A DNA stretch of 64,000 nt. Origin: Candidatus Poribacteria bacterium. GTDB taxonomy: Bacteria; Poribacteria; WGA-4E; WGA-3G. Each line of letters begins with the position of its first letter. The stretch's first letter is position 1. Both the position numbers and the translations under genes were made by a program. The DNA lies in assembly GCA_965242965.1 (NCBI GenBank), contig OZ251518.1:2240001-2304000 (forward strand). The letters run 5' to 3'. This document shows, in pieces, positions 29,416-40,116 of this stretch. The notes under the pieces were generated by a model. The model saw only the letters and a list, made by a program, of their open reading frames with translations. It had not been told where the DNA came from and made no database searches.

Positions 29416-29706
29416 ATGGCACTTGTACCTCTTGGCGATCGCATTCTCGTCAAACGGTCTGAAGAAGATGAACAGACTACCAGCGGGGGGATTATCATCC
29501 CGGACACCGCAAAGGAAAAACCGCAGGAAGGCGAAGTCGTCGCCGTTGGAAACGGCCGGCTGCTAGACAGCGGTGAGCGTCAAGCCGTTGATGTCACCAT
29601 CGGTGACCTGGTGCTTTTCGCCAAATATGGCGGCACCGAGGTAACTTACGATGGGACGGAGTATCTGATCTTGCGCGAGGATGACATCCTGGCCAAGGTG
29701 AGTTAA
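29416..29706 (+). CDS. groES: Co-chaperonin GroES
   Basis: [30 protein letters not shown] and KYGGTE; AAGGAGG RBS. Confidence 0.98.
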   Translation: MALVPLGDRILVKRSEEDEQTTSGGIIIPDTAKEKPQEGEVVAVGNGRLLDSGERQAVDVTIGDLVLFAKYGGTEVTYDGTEYLILREDDILAKVS

Positions 29707-29766
29707 GCACCGCGGTCTTCATTGCGCGCAACCGCGCGCAGGCAGATCGCCCAATTGATTCTCTGA

Positions 29767-31437
<1,671 letters not shown>

Positions 31438-31460
31438 AGCGAATGCCATCATTCGCTGTC

Positions 31461-31491
31461 CCGTAGGCGTGGTTTCCAACCGCGCCTACGG
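31461..31491. repeat. GTAG-flanked hairpin after groEL (REP or possible terminator)
   Basis: ccgtaggcgtggtttccaaccgcgcctacgg. Confidence 0.6.
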
Positions 31492-31525
31492 CGTTCATTC
31501 TACGTAGAAAATAGGACACTTCATC

Positions 31526-32197
31526 ATGGAACATCAAAAGGAGCTCTGGGCACTCTATCACATGCTCGGACAGACAGCAGAACTCACAGAAGAGCCGGCT
31601 CTTGAAGGCGGCGAATCCCGATGCATTGCGCAATTCAACAACGCGCTGGCGCGGTTGCAAACTCTCAATGCGGTGCCGGGGGGACTCTTTGACGAACTAC
31701 CAGCAGATGCCACTCTCGCCGACATCAGTTTCGCGTGTCGGCAACTCGCCGCGTTCCTCGCGCCGAACCTCACCAAAGAAGCGGAACCGGAAACCGCTAC
31801 ATTCCAATGGCCCGAGTGGATTCGCGCCTTGAAGAAAGACGTGCTTTCGGTTGACAAAGCCGCGGAGATCATCGCCGGATTGGGTATCCCTGGGCTCGTC
31901 TTGCTTGTCGCAACGTCAGCGGCAGGCGTAGCGGGTGCGGCAGGTGTTACCGCCGGTTTAGTAGCCCTCGGCCCGGGCGGCGTGCTTGGCGGAGTCGCTA
32001 TTCTGCTCGCGTCAACGTTTATCGGCAGTGCGTTAGCGAAGTTTGGGTTTGAGGAGCTCTTCAAACGGGTGCTTGACAACCTGCGGGAAAAGGGGATGAC
32101 AGACGCGGCGATTTTGGAGAAGATTGAGGGGTATCCGATTTCCAAGGAGTTGAAGCGGAGTTTGCGGGAGTCTATGGCTTCTCGCGGTGATGCCTAG
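31526..32197 (+). CDS. Hypothetical protein with Gly/Ala-rich hydrophobic (glycine-zipper-like) C-terminal half
   Basis: RBS AGGA; GLGIPGLVLLVA...GAAGVTAGLVALGPGGVLGG. Confidence 0.7.
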   Translation: MEHQKELWALYHMLGQTAELTEEPALEGGESRCIAQFNNALARLQTLNAVPGGLFDELPADATLADISFACRQLAAFLAPNLTKEAEPETATFQWPEWIRALKKDVLSVDKAAEIIAGLGIPGLVLLVATSAAGVAGAAGVTAGLVALGPGGVLGGVAILLASTFIGSALAKFGFEELFKRVLDNLREKGMTDAAILEKIEGYPISKELKRSLRESMASRGDA

Positions 32198-32243
32198 TTC
32201 ATTTCTGTAGTTTGGGCTCGCCCGAGCCCGAACCGGGTTAGAA

Positions 32244-33251
32244 TCAGGCAAGTTTGACCTAATCCGTCAACGGATCCCTACATTCAAGCGAAGGGTTTTT
32301 GCCATGGATGACGGTGGCGAAAATTGATACCGAGATTTGATAATACGGGAACCTCTTAACACTGACTCGGTCTATATCCGCGATCGAGTTCATATACCAA
32401 TTAAGAGCGTTTCCAAGCGGTACCGCCTCGTTCAACATCGGGACGTTTTCGATGCATTAGCGGCAGCATTGGGGCAAATTGTCCCAGATGTCCAGTCGCT
32501 CGATCCTAAACTGAAGCTCACCGAGTATGGCGAAAGGATGTGGGTTAATTTTACCTTACCCAATTATCGCCTAAATGAAGGGGAAAACTCTCCTATCGTT
32601 CTCGTGGTGAATGGTTTAAATTCGGTAGATGCAACCGCATCACTAGATATTAAGTTAAGTTGGGTTGATAACGATTCTGGCATCCGAATACCGTACGGGA
32701 TGGTATCCGGATATTGGAAGCAGGTGAATTTCAGGAGAAAACACCTGAAAAAGAAAAAACAATCGGAAACGGTTGATTCTGAAGGAATCGCGGAATTTTC
32801 TGCAGAAATCAGAGGATTCTTAACGTCGCACCTTCACCAACTTACAACGGAACAAAGTCGATACAAAAGGTGGGTCGAGGCATCGGTAAGTTGGGGACAA
32901 CTTGTCGGTTGGATTGACAATGACCTGAAGAAAAAATGGGGATTGGGCTCAGCTGTAAGAGCCTATCATATTGCCAAAACAGGACATGACGTTCGGGTTG
33001 AAACTCTTGATAAAGAAAAAGAAGCGAATATCAAGCCAATCAAGCCATCCGAACATGAAGTTGTCCTGGCAAATGAAGTCCCCTACGACTTCGCGCCGGT
33101 AGAAAATGCCTTCCATGTTAGTCAAGTTCTCGGTTGGATTGCTAGCCGGCAAGGCACAATACCGGGGCAGCTTAAATGGATGGATATTCCGCCCCTAATG
33201 GAGTCCTTGTTGAAACGGGAGAAACAGCTCGCGCTGAGACTTGGAGGATAG
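32244..33251 (+). pseudogene. DUF932-like protein, probably disrupted at the 5' end
   Basis: VSKRYRLVQH, LTEYGERM and NSVDAT.SL. The frame continues upstream through an in-frame TGA (32325-32327) to a repeat at about 32207-32233. Confidence 0.55.
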
Positions 33252-33406
33252 TGCAGTTAGTTTACGGGCTGCATTTGCGTCAACTCTCAAAGCGGCAGAG
33301 ATTCCCGTATGCACAACGTCGCATGCGGACAACGCACTGCATCGTGGAACGTTCGGTGCGGTACCACTCGGAAGATTATCCCTAGGGATTACGAGAAGGA
33401 CAGAAT

Positions 33407-34150
33407 ATGGAATTTCAGATCAACGAAACCGAAAAGCAGATTGCCATCTTTTTGCCGATGACGACTCCGACAGGGAAAGCACGCGTTAAGCGGCCGATTG
33501 AGGAACAGCAGGCAGAACCACTCGCAACTCGGCAGCAAACGCTTGAACCCGATGACTATATTGAATGGCAGATTGCTTACGAAACGAGCGACGAGACTGA
33601 ACCTTCTGCTTTAGAAGAAGTGCAGTTCACAAAAGGACAGGAAACTCGTTACGGGGCTGAACTCACTCGACTTCTCGTCGAGTCAAGGCACCTCGGCCTT
33701 CTCTTGCAACAAGACTTTGAAGAGTTAAAGGAATTAATTGGCGCGCCGCTCACAAACGGCATTGAAGAATCCGATAGAATCCTCTTAAGACACTCACCGG
33801 GGGATCTGCTCGCGACGAGACACGGGTTCGCACGGTTCGTTCTTGAGGTGCCGTTTTATGAAAAACGAACCCCCGAGTACGCCATCCAGATTAGCATCTC
33901 AAAAAAGCAACGGGCTGTTGGAAACCAAGCTATGGTTTACGTGTGTTTGCCTATTGCGCATTGCACGTCACGTTCCGCGGAGAATTCCTTCATCGGGCGA
34001 ATAGCAGACGTGAAAGAGGAGGCGACGTATTGCATCACTTCCGCAAACGTGAGTCTGATTATCGATGCAATTGTCGCCTTCGCGATTGCTTCCCAAAACC
34101 ATCGGGAGGATTTTAAACGCATCTTTGAAAAGGTTGAGGCCCTTCCATGA
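33407..34150 (+). CDS. R.PabI-family restriction DNA glycosylase
   Basis: LPMTTPTGKARVKR, YIEWQIAY, ELT, KQRAVG.Q.MVY.CLP and FAIAS.NH..D; coupled to a methylase. Confidence 0.8.
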   Translation: MEFQINETEKQIAIFLPMTTPTGKARVKRPIEEQQAEPLATRQQTLEPDDYIEWQIAYETSDETEPSALEEVQFTKGQETRYGAELTRLLVESRHLGLLLQQDFEELKELIGAPLTNGIEESDRILLRHSPGDLLATRHGFARFVLEVPFYEKRTPEYAIQISISKKQRAVGNQAMVYVCLPIAHCTSRSAENSFIGRIADVKEEATYCITSANVSLIIDAIVAFAIASQNHREDFKRIFEKVEALP

Positions 34151-34926
34151 AAACTAACCGCATCATCACCGGCGATGCATGCCACGAATTGCCCAAACTC
34201 CCCGATAACAGCTTCCAAGCCATCATCGCTGACCCGCCCTACTACAACGTCCTCACCGAGGAAGCATGGGATACACAATGGCACTCCGAAGAGGCTTATC
34301 TTGCCTGGTCTCTGCAGTGGGCGCGGGAGTGTATGCGGCTATTGAAAGACGATGGACTCTTTTTCTGCTTCGGGCAACTCGGCAAGCGCGAGCATGTCTT
34401 CATCCATCTCATGTCGCGCCTCTGCACCGAATTTCAGTTCCATGACCTGGTTATCTGGGATCGAGCAGTCGGATACAACGAACGCCGCGATAGTTTCACG
34501 CCTGCATACGAAATGATTCTGGTGCTCCGCAAAAGTGAGCAGGTGAAATTTATCAAGGATGCCATCCGCATTCCTTACGATGAGGAGACGATTGCGGCAT
34601 ATCTCAAGGACAATCGCTACAAGGACAAAGCCGCGCGGCATCAGCATCTGCTGGCGGGTAAATATGCAACAAATCTGCTGCGCGTTCCGAGTCTGAAAGG
34701 GAGCTCCAAAGAGAAGTGTGGGCATCCGAGTCAAAAGCCTTCCGGGCTCATTGAGAAGTTGCTTCTCTGTTCAACGGAGGCAGGCGATCTGGTGCTGGAT
34801 CCGTTTTTAGGTTCAGGGACGACAGCAGTTGTTGCGCAGACGCAGGAAAGAGACTGGCTGGGAATAGAGCGCAATCCGTGCTATGTGAAGATAGCAATGC
34901 GGCGTTTGGAGGAGCGGCTTCTCTAG
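34147..34926 (+). CDS. Beta-class N4/N6 DNA methyltransferase
   Basis: IIADPPY precedes HPSQKP and VLDPFLGSGTT; ATGA overlap with the upstream gene. Confidence 0.92.
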   Translation: MKTNRIITGDACHELPKLPDNSFQAIIADPPYYNVLTEEAWDTQWHSEEAYLAWSLQWARECMRLLKDDGLFFCFGQLGKREHVFIHLMSRLCTEFQFHDLVIWDRAVGYNERRDSFTPAYEMILVLRKSEQVKFIKDAIRIPYDEETIAAYLKDNRYKDKAARHQHLLAGKYATNLLRVPSLKGSSKEKCGHPSQKPSGLIEKLLLCSTEAGDLVLDPFLGSGTTAVVAQTQERDWLGIERNPCYVKIAMRRLEERLL

Positions 34927-34968
34927 CGTGCCGGCCGCTCTCCTTTTCAAGCGTGATCTTTCGCAGCT

Positions 34969-35003
34969 CCGCTTGTTCGGGCTCAGGCAAGCCCGAACTA
35001 CAG
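34969..35003. repeat. GTAG-type hairpin
   Basis: gttcgggctcaggcaagcccgaactac. Confidence 0.6.
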
Positions 35004-35017
35004 AAGTTAATGAGCGG

Positions 35018-35584
35018 CTACGCCTCCGCGGCGGATACCAAGTCAAGTTCCGTGAGAAAGGACAGCACACTTTCAATGTCCTCCTCACTCACGTACCATC
35101 CATATTCTTTGGCGACTTGGCGGACCTCTTCAACGGTGCTTTTCTCTCTCCAATTGACAATGTAATGCACCTTCGCGGCGATGAAGAGTTGGTTGAAATC
35201 GTGGGAGATAGGCTGCGCGTTGATACGGTCCAGGGCATCTTTCCATTTTGGAAAATCCTGTTCCTTCTCAATGTCGCTCCACACCTCGTAGGCTTCCTCG
35301 GTTAAGGAATAGGTGTGTCGGCGAATTTCACCGAAGACACTCCGGTGGGGCGAAGCCGTTTTGAAGGACTCTGTCTCTTCCCTAACGAATCCGTGCCCGA
35401 CTAAACTCGCGAGCTGCCCCGCAACTGCACTACTGTAGGGACCGTAGCGATGTGCGGTGAAGTCTAAATTGACTCCCACCAAGACAGATGAGAAATAGAG
35501 TTTCTTTTGCAGGAGCGTTCTCCCGCATAACCCCTCTTCTCCTGCCTCGTTGATAACGAGGAGGATGACATCCATCGTGTACAT
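35018..35584 (-). CDS. YwgA/SocA(DUF4065)-like winged-helix protein
   Basis: GRTLLQKKLYF, F.AHRYGPYS and Y.LTE; AAGGAG RBS. Confidence 0.65.
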   Translation of the reverse strand: MYTMDVILLVINEAGEEGLCGRTLLQKKLYFSSVLVGVNLDFTAHRYGPYSSAVAGQLASLVGHGFVREETESFKTASPHRSVFGEIRRHTYSLTEEAYEVWSDIEKEQDFPKWKDALDRINAQPISHDFNQLFIAAKVHYIVNWREKSTVEEVRQVAKEYGWYVSEEDIESVLSFLTELDLVSAAEA

Positions 35585-35729
35585 GTTGTCTCCTTTTAAT
35601 CAGAACGCAAAATGTCTTGAATTTCTACCTCACGTTCCAACAGGTCCTGTTTTTTCGCCAGATCGAGTGGCGCGTAAACCTGCACGGCCTCTGCTGCCCT
35701 GATTCAGGCAACCCACGCCGAAATCGCCC

Positions 35730-36344
35730 TTATTCGCTCGCGCCGGCATCTGACATTGTCAATTCAAACACGGTGTTCAACACGCCGAAAAGTCCCGGCA
35801 AATTATCTACACTAAAACCGGTCCGGTTTTGCGTAAAGGCATCGCCGACAAGCCGCCCAAATTGCCACCATATTCCATCGGTGACAATACCATACACAGG
35901 CAAAGCCGCATCGTCATTGATTTTCTGGGCTGCCACCAATTCAGCAAGACATTGGCCCCAGCCCATCTCAAAATCGTTTTTCTTCGCCTCAACCAGAATA
36001 ACTAAGGGCTTCCCAACTACAGGGCGGCCTAACGCAGACCGGGTAGAGACGAAGTAATCCGGGGTGCCGCTCAATGTCTCATTGCAAAAGATGGATTTCT
36101 TTATCCAGAGCGCGTAGCGATGCGCGTACGCCTTGTAGACTTCCTTCAAAATAGGAAAAATAGCTGCCTCACACCGCGCGCCCTCAGACGCGAAAACATC
36201 AACGTGTTGCCTTGTCCACTCGAAATCCTCAAGGAAATGCGCCGATGGGTTTGATCCTTCACTGTGGAGGAAGTCACTTTCCGTATACGTAATCTGAAAT
36301 TTTTCTAGGACTTCAGACACATTTTTAAAATCGCTGAAAGCCAT
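35730..36344 (-). CDS. Hypothetical PD-(D/E)XK-fold protein
   Basis: LSGTPDY, LVEAKK..FE.GWGQCLAELVAAQ and YGIVTDG..WQF. Confidence 0.7.
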   Translation of the reverse strand: MAFSDFKNVSEVLEKFQITYTESDFLHSEGSNPSAHFLEDFEWTRQHVDVFASEGARCEAAIFPILKEVYKAYAHRYALWIKKSIFCNETLSGTPDYFVSTRSALGRPVVGKPLVILVEAKKNDFEMGWGQCLAELVAAQKINDDAALPVYGIVTDGIWWQFGRLVGDAFTQNRTGFSVDNLPGLFGVLNTVFELTMSDAGASE

Positions 36345-36437
36345 AAATGTCACCTTCCTAGCTATTATGATAACACTTTTGACAGATGCATGTCAACTGA
36401 AATTTATTGCGAAATTGTGAAAACTAAATTGTTCTGA

Positions 36438-37607
36438 TCACAGCGCAAGATGTGTCTCACATGCGCGGAGCACCGCCGAAACCGCAATCGTATGCATGCA
36501 CGGCGAGGTGCCATCCGACAACGCCTTGCATCCATACTCAAACCCTAAATTGAGACACGGACTACACGAGAACCCCTGCGCATGAAGCACTGTCGCATTA
36601 ACTGCCCACGGACCCCACTGCGCCGAATGGGTGGGACCATGCAACGCGATGACTGGCGTGCCTGCCGCAGCGGCGAGATGCATCGGGCCGCAGTTGCCAC
36701 TAATGACGAGGTTAGCGTGCGAGAAGAGCGCGGCGAGTTGATTGATACGCGTTTTTCCTGCCAACATCACCGGACGCTGCTTCGTCTCCGACGCAATCTG
36801 TTGTGAGACTTCTACCTCGTCCGGCGCGCCGGTCAGGATAATCTGTGCATCATAGCGCGCGACGAGGGCATCCGCTAATTGGACATAACGTTCTAGTGGC
36901 CAGCGTCGGCGAGGTTCGCCGCGTCTGCCTGCTTCCGGGTGCAGCACAACGATAGGTTTGTCCTCCCCAACGTCTTTCCCGTAGGCGAGATTTCCTTGTA
37001 TCAATGCCTGTTCCAGGGTCTCCTGTATCCACTTTCGTTCCGCATCGCTCACCCAAACTTCCAGATGTGTGCCTTGCGGTGGACATTCCAGCCGATAACC
37101 CAGGTCTAAAAAATTCAGCACTTCATGCCGCCCTGGCGTGTGCGGAACTACCTCGGTGAAGAGGAAGTGTCGATGCTGTCCATTAGCACTGAATCCGATG
37201 CGCATCGGCGCGCCGCTGGCATAGGCAAGCAACGCACTCAGGCGCGGCCAATGCTCTAAATCGATTGCCCAATCGTAACGTTCGCGGCGAAGGGTAGCGA
37301 GGAGTTCATAAGAAATGCCGCCGCGAAAGGCGACGCGCGCGTCAATGTAGGGACAGTGCGCCAAATAGTCCAGATTTATGGGTGAGGCGAGTATCGTGAG
37401 GTGGGCATTCGGGAAGCGGTGCCGGATTGCGCGCAGCGTTGGCACCGCTAAAATGGTATCGCCTAAGGCAGAGAGTTGGATAACTAGGATTTTGTTGGGA
37501 GATGCAGTCCGACTAGGGGATGCACGCCTGCGGAAGCCGCCGAGCAAAAAGCACAGCGGGATGCCGAGGTACCGGTCTAACTGTTTTTGAAGATGATTGG
37601 ATTGCAT
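36438..37607 (-). CDS. Glycosyltransferase family 9 (heptosyltransferase-like)
   Basis: ILVIQLSALGDTIL, RRWP, LAGKT, GPMHLAAAAGTPVIALHGPT and CSPC. Confidence 0.92.
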   Translation of the reverse strand: MQSNHLQKQLDRYLGIPLCFLLGGFRRRASPSRTASPNKILVIQLSALGDTILAVPTLRAIRHRFPNAHLTILASPINLDYLAHCPYIDARVAFRGGISYELLATLRRERYDWAIDLEHWPRLSALLAYASGAPMRIGFSANGQHRHFLFTEVVPHTPGRHEVLNFLDLGYRLECPPQGTHLEVWVSDAERKWIQETLEQALIQGNLAYGKDVGEDKPIVVLHPEAGRRGEPRRRWPLERYVQLADALVARYDAQIILTGAPDEVEVSQQIASETKQRPVMLAGKTRINQLAALFSHANLVISGNCGPMHLAAAAGTPVIALHGPTHSAQWGPWAVNATVLHAQGFSCSPCLNLGFEYGCKALSDGTSPCMHTIAVSAVLRACETHLAL

Positions 37608-37715
37608 GTTTTTGTTGTTCGCGAGGCGTTCGCATAGCGGTGTTGGTTCAATAAAGCCGTCATTGAGGTTGTCAATGACTGGATTTTTGTTGCTAATTTT
37701 TATCACTTTATCGGT

Positions 37716-37993
37716 TTAAGTGAGGGTGTTTCATAACTCCGTTTCGGTATTTATCCTGCCTTGGAGGATGGGCGAATACCGGAGGGCATCGGGCCCACCT
37801 CTGTAGTTCGGGAGCGCCCGCTCCCGAACGGGTCAGGATCAGGCGATCCTGACCTACAGGGGTGAGGAGGTCTGACAGCCAAACGGATGGCGAGGGACAG
37901 GCCCTCGCCCTACGTGAAGGGGCGGCGTTTTTTCACCGTAGCGCGGGGCCTGTCCCCGCAACGTTGAGCGATTTATGAAACCCCTTCGTTTAA
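37716..37993. mobile_element. MITE-like element copy A
   Basis: Terminal inverted repeats ttaagtgagggtgtttcataa / ttatgaaaccccttcgtttaa enclose GTAG hairpins; near-identical copies occur elsewhere. Confidence 0.75.
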
Positions 37994-38070
37994 GTCCAAT
38001 CAATCTCAAACATCCAGAGCCAGATGCCAAAGTGATTTTGTTCGTGAGCGAATCCGCCTTATGCGTCTGT

Positions 38071-38367
38071 CTATAAATCGGTGCACCTGCCTGCCCGTAG
38101 ATTTTCACGGACTTTTTCAGCGAAAGCGTCAAGTTTTCCGGCTTTCACATCTGCCTCAAACTGCTGTGTCCACGCTTCCCAATCAGCCTCTAAGGCTTCA
38201 TGCAGTTCATGCTCAAGCGATTTCAGCAGTGCCGCTTTTGTGCGTTCCTGACATTTGACTTCGGGAACTTCCGGGATCCACCCAATCCATCCCTCGCCGT
38301 TTCTACGGATATGGGCAATATAGGATTCGTCAAATTCCAGATTCCGGATAGTCTGCACTTGTTTCAT
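38071..38367 (-). CDS. HicB-like antitoxin domain with a second antitoxin-like tail
   Basis: AGGAGG RBS; Y.A.I...G.GWIGWIPEVP.V.CQ..T...L, then WTQQFEADVKAGKLD.FA. Confidence 0.6.
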   Translation of the reverse strand: MKQVQTIRNLEFDESYIAHIRRNGEGWIGWIPEVPEVKCQERTKAALLKSLEHELHEALEADWEAWTQQFEADVKAGKLDAFAEKVRENLRAGRCTDL

Positions 38368-38422
38368 GGAACCTCCTATGTTCTCACGTTCGTCTTTGGA
38401 CATCCTCCCCTCACAAATTGGA

Positions 38423-38983
38423 CTACTCCGCAGTGGCATAGCCATACAACTCAAACTCGGCGATTTTGGCGAGTGCAGTAATCGGACCGCTGACATAAGT
38501 GACATACTGCCCGCGTTGGTTTTTGCCGCCTTTGACGTTATCGCGTTTCAGTGCGGCATCATCTGTCGTGCCCCGCACCACCAATTTCACGCCTGTTGTC
38601 TTAACAACCTTCCTGAGTCGGATATCAAGGATTTTTTGCGTGTTGCCCCGCGCCTCATGAATTTTATCCCATTCCCCCTGCGAGTTCAACGCCATCAGCG
38701 TGAATTCCTCCAGATTCGGCGAGTGGATCACGATGCGATAGAGTGACTTTTCCACCGGTAAAAAGACAGTCGCCTCTGATGGCACGCCGAGGTCTGTCCG
38801 AAAATCACCTGAACCCTTTTTGCGTCGCGATTTCCCGACAGTCTCCAACCGCCCATCAATGATACCCGGGTCATTCGCTGTTGCACCGGGTAGGCGCGCG
38901 TAGTTTTCACTCCACTGCTGGCCAAGTGTGCAACCGTAGCACAGAAGCAGCAGGACGAGACTCATGTTTCGTTTCAGTTTCAC
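38423..38983 (-). CDS. Lipoprotein with discoidin/galactose-binding-like domain
   Basis: Lipobox LLCYGC, IIDG and C-terminal IAEFELYG. Confidence 0.65.
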   Translation of the reverse strand: MKLKRNMSLVLLLLCYGCTLGQQWSENYARLPGATANDPGIIDGRLETVGKSRRKKGSGDFRTDLGVPSEATVFLPVEKSLYRIVIHSPNLEEFTLMALNSQGEWDKIHEARGNTQKILDIRLRKVVKTTGVKLVVRGTTDDAALKRDNVKGGKNQRGQYVTYVSGPITALAKIAEFELYGYATAE

Positions 38984-38985
38984 GC

Positions 38986-39987
38986 TCAGTTCCTCCTCGG
39001 ATTTAATTCTTCAATCGCCTGAAGGATGTCGCTTTTCTCCAATTTTCGCAAGTTAAACTGCAATTCTTTAAAGAACGGCACCAAATCCACGCCTGCGGCT
39101 TTGCTGAAGTAGTAGACGAGAAAACTGTTATTCATCGTGCCCGGGAGCCTTTGGTGGAGCCGGTCTGCTTCCATCATCCGGAAAACCCGGATGTAAAAAT
39201 CGTCGCCGTAATCTTCACGGAGTTTTGAGACGATGGAGTAGGAGTAGTTATACCGCCAGCGCGTGAGCGGACCGCCTGTCAGCGGACTCGTACCGGTGTG
39301 CCCCTTCCAGTCCTCAAGCGCGTTGACACCGTCAAGGTTGAGTTTTAAATCCCTGTCTAGATGGAGTTTGGTATGCGAGTTACCTTTCGCATACTCCGCC
39401 TGAATGAGCCCGGCAAGTCCCTCTGAAAACCACGTTGGAAGGAAATAGATATTGGTGAACGCGTGCGTTAATTCATGCGCCCTCACGTCATGCTGTTCAT
39501 ACATAGCGATCGGGAAATTCATCGTGATTTCGGTGACGAATTTCAGATAGGCACCGTCCTGATATCCTTGGCGATAACTGGTTCCGGTAGTCGCCGCGCT
39601 CCTGGTCCCCCGATAGACATCATACAAAGTCACGTGAATTTTATGTTTCGGTTGAAAGCCGAAGTAGTCGTTCATCGCATCGTAGAGGCTCTCCATGTAT
39701 CCGAGCGCGCTGAGCGCGAAGGTGTGCCGTTCTGCCGGCGTATCAAACGCCTCCAGCACGCGTAAATCTTCGTTGAAGGTGAGGGTATAGTGGTCACTTT
39801 CCCCGAAGAGCGCGTCCGGTGCAATCTGAATGTTTGCCGACGAAGGCGCGAGCATGAGCGTGTCAGCAGTCCGCTCTTCAATCAGGCGTGCCTCTCGCTT
39901 CTGTTGCGCCTCCTGCAAAGCGGTGCATCCGCTGAAAAGGGACGTTACCGCGATGAAAAAGAGTAAAGTTGCGATTCTGTGTTTCAT
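38986..39987 (-). CDS. Lipoprotein zinc metallopeptidase (gluzincin-like)
   Basis: Lipobox LFSGC; AHELTH followed by PTWFSEGLA. Confidence 0.8.
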   Translation of the reverse strand: MKHRIATLLFFIAVTSLFSGCTALQEAQQKREARLIEERTADTLMLAPSSANIQIAPDALFGESDHYTLTFNEDLRVLEAFDTPAERHTFALSALGYMESLYDAMNDYFGFQPKHKIHVTLYDVYRGTRSAATTGTSYRQGYQDGAYLKFVTEITMNFPIAMYEQHDVRAHELTHAFTNIYFLPTWFSEGLAGLIQAEYAKGNSHTKLHLDRDLKLNLDGVNALEDWKGHTGTSPLTGGPLTRWRYNYSYSIVSKLREDYGDDFYIRVFRMMEADRLHQRLPGTMNNSFLVYYFSKAAGVDLVPFFKELQFNLRKLEKSDILQAIEELNPRRN

Positions 39988-40009
39988 AGTTTATTTTTTT
40001 ATTTTAATC

Positions 40010-40113
40010 GGCGGGGGACAGGCCCCCGCCCTACGGTATTTCAAGGGGCTTGGTATCTGCGCCGTTGCATCAAGAACGTGAGACAGGTCCCCGCCCTACG
40101 GTATCTCTACGGT
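40010..40113. repeat. GTAG-REP remnants
   Basis: ggcgggggacaggcccccgccctacgg and a truncated copy. Confidence 0.7.
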
Positions 40114-40116
40114 ATC

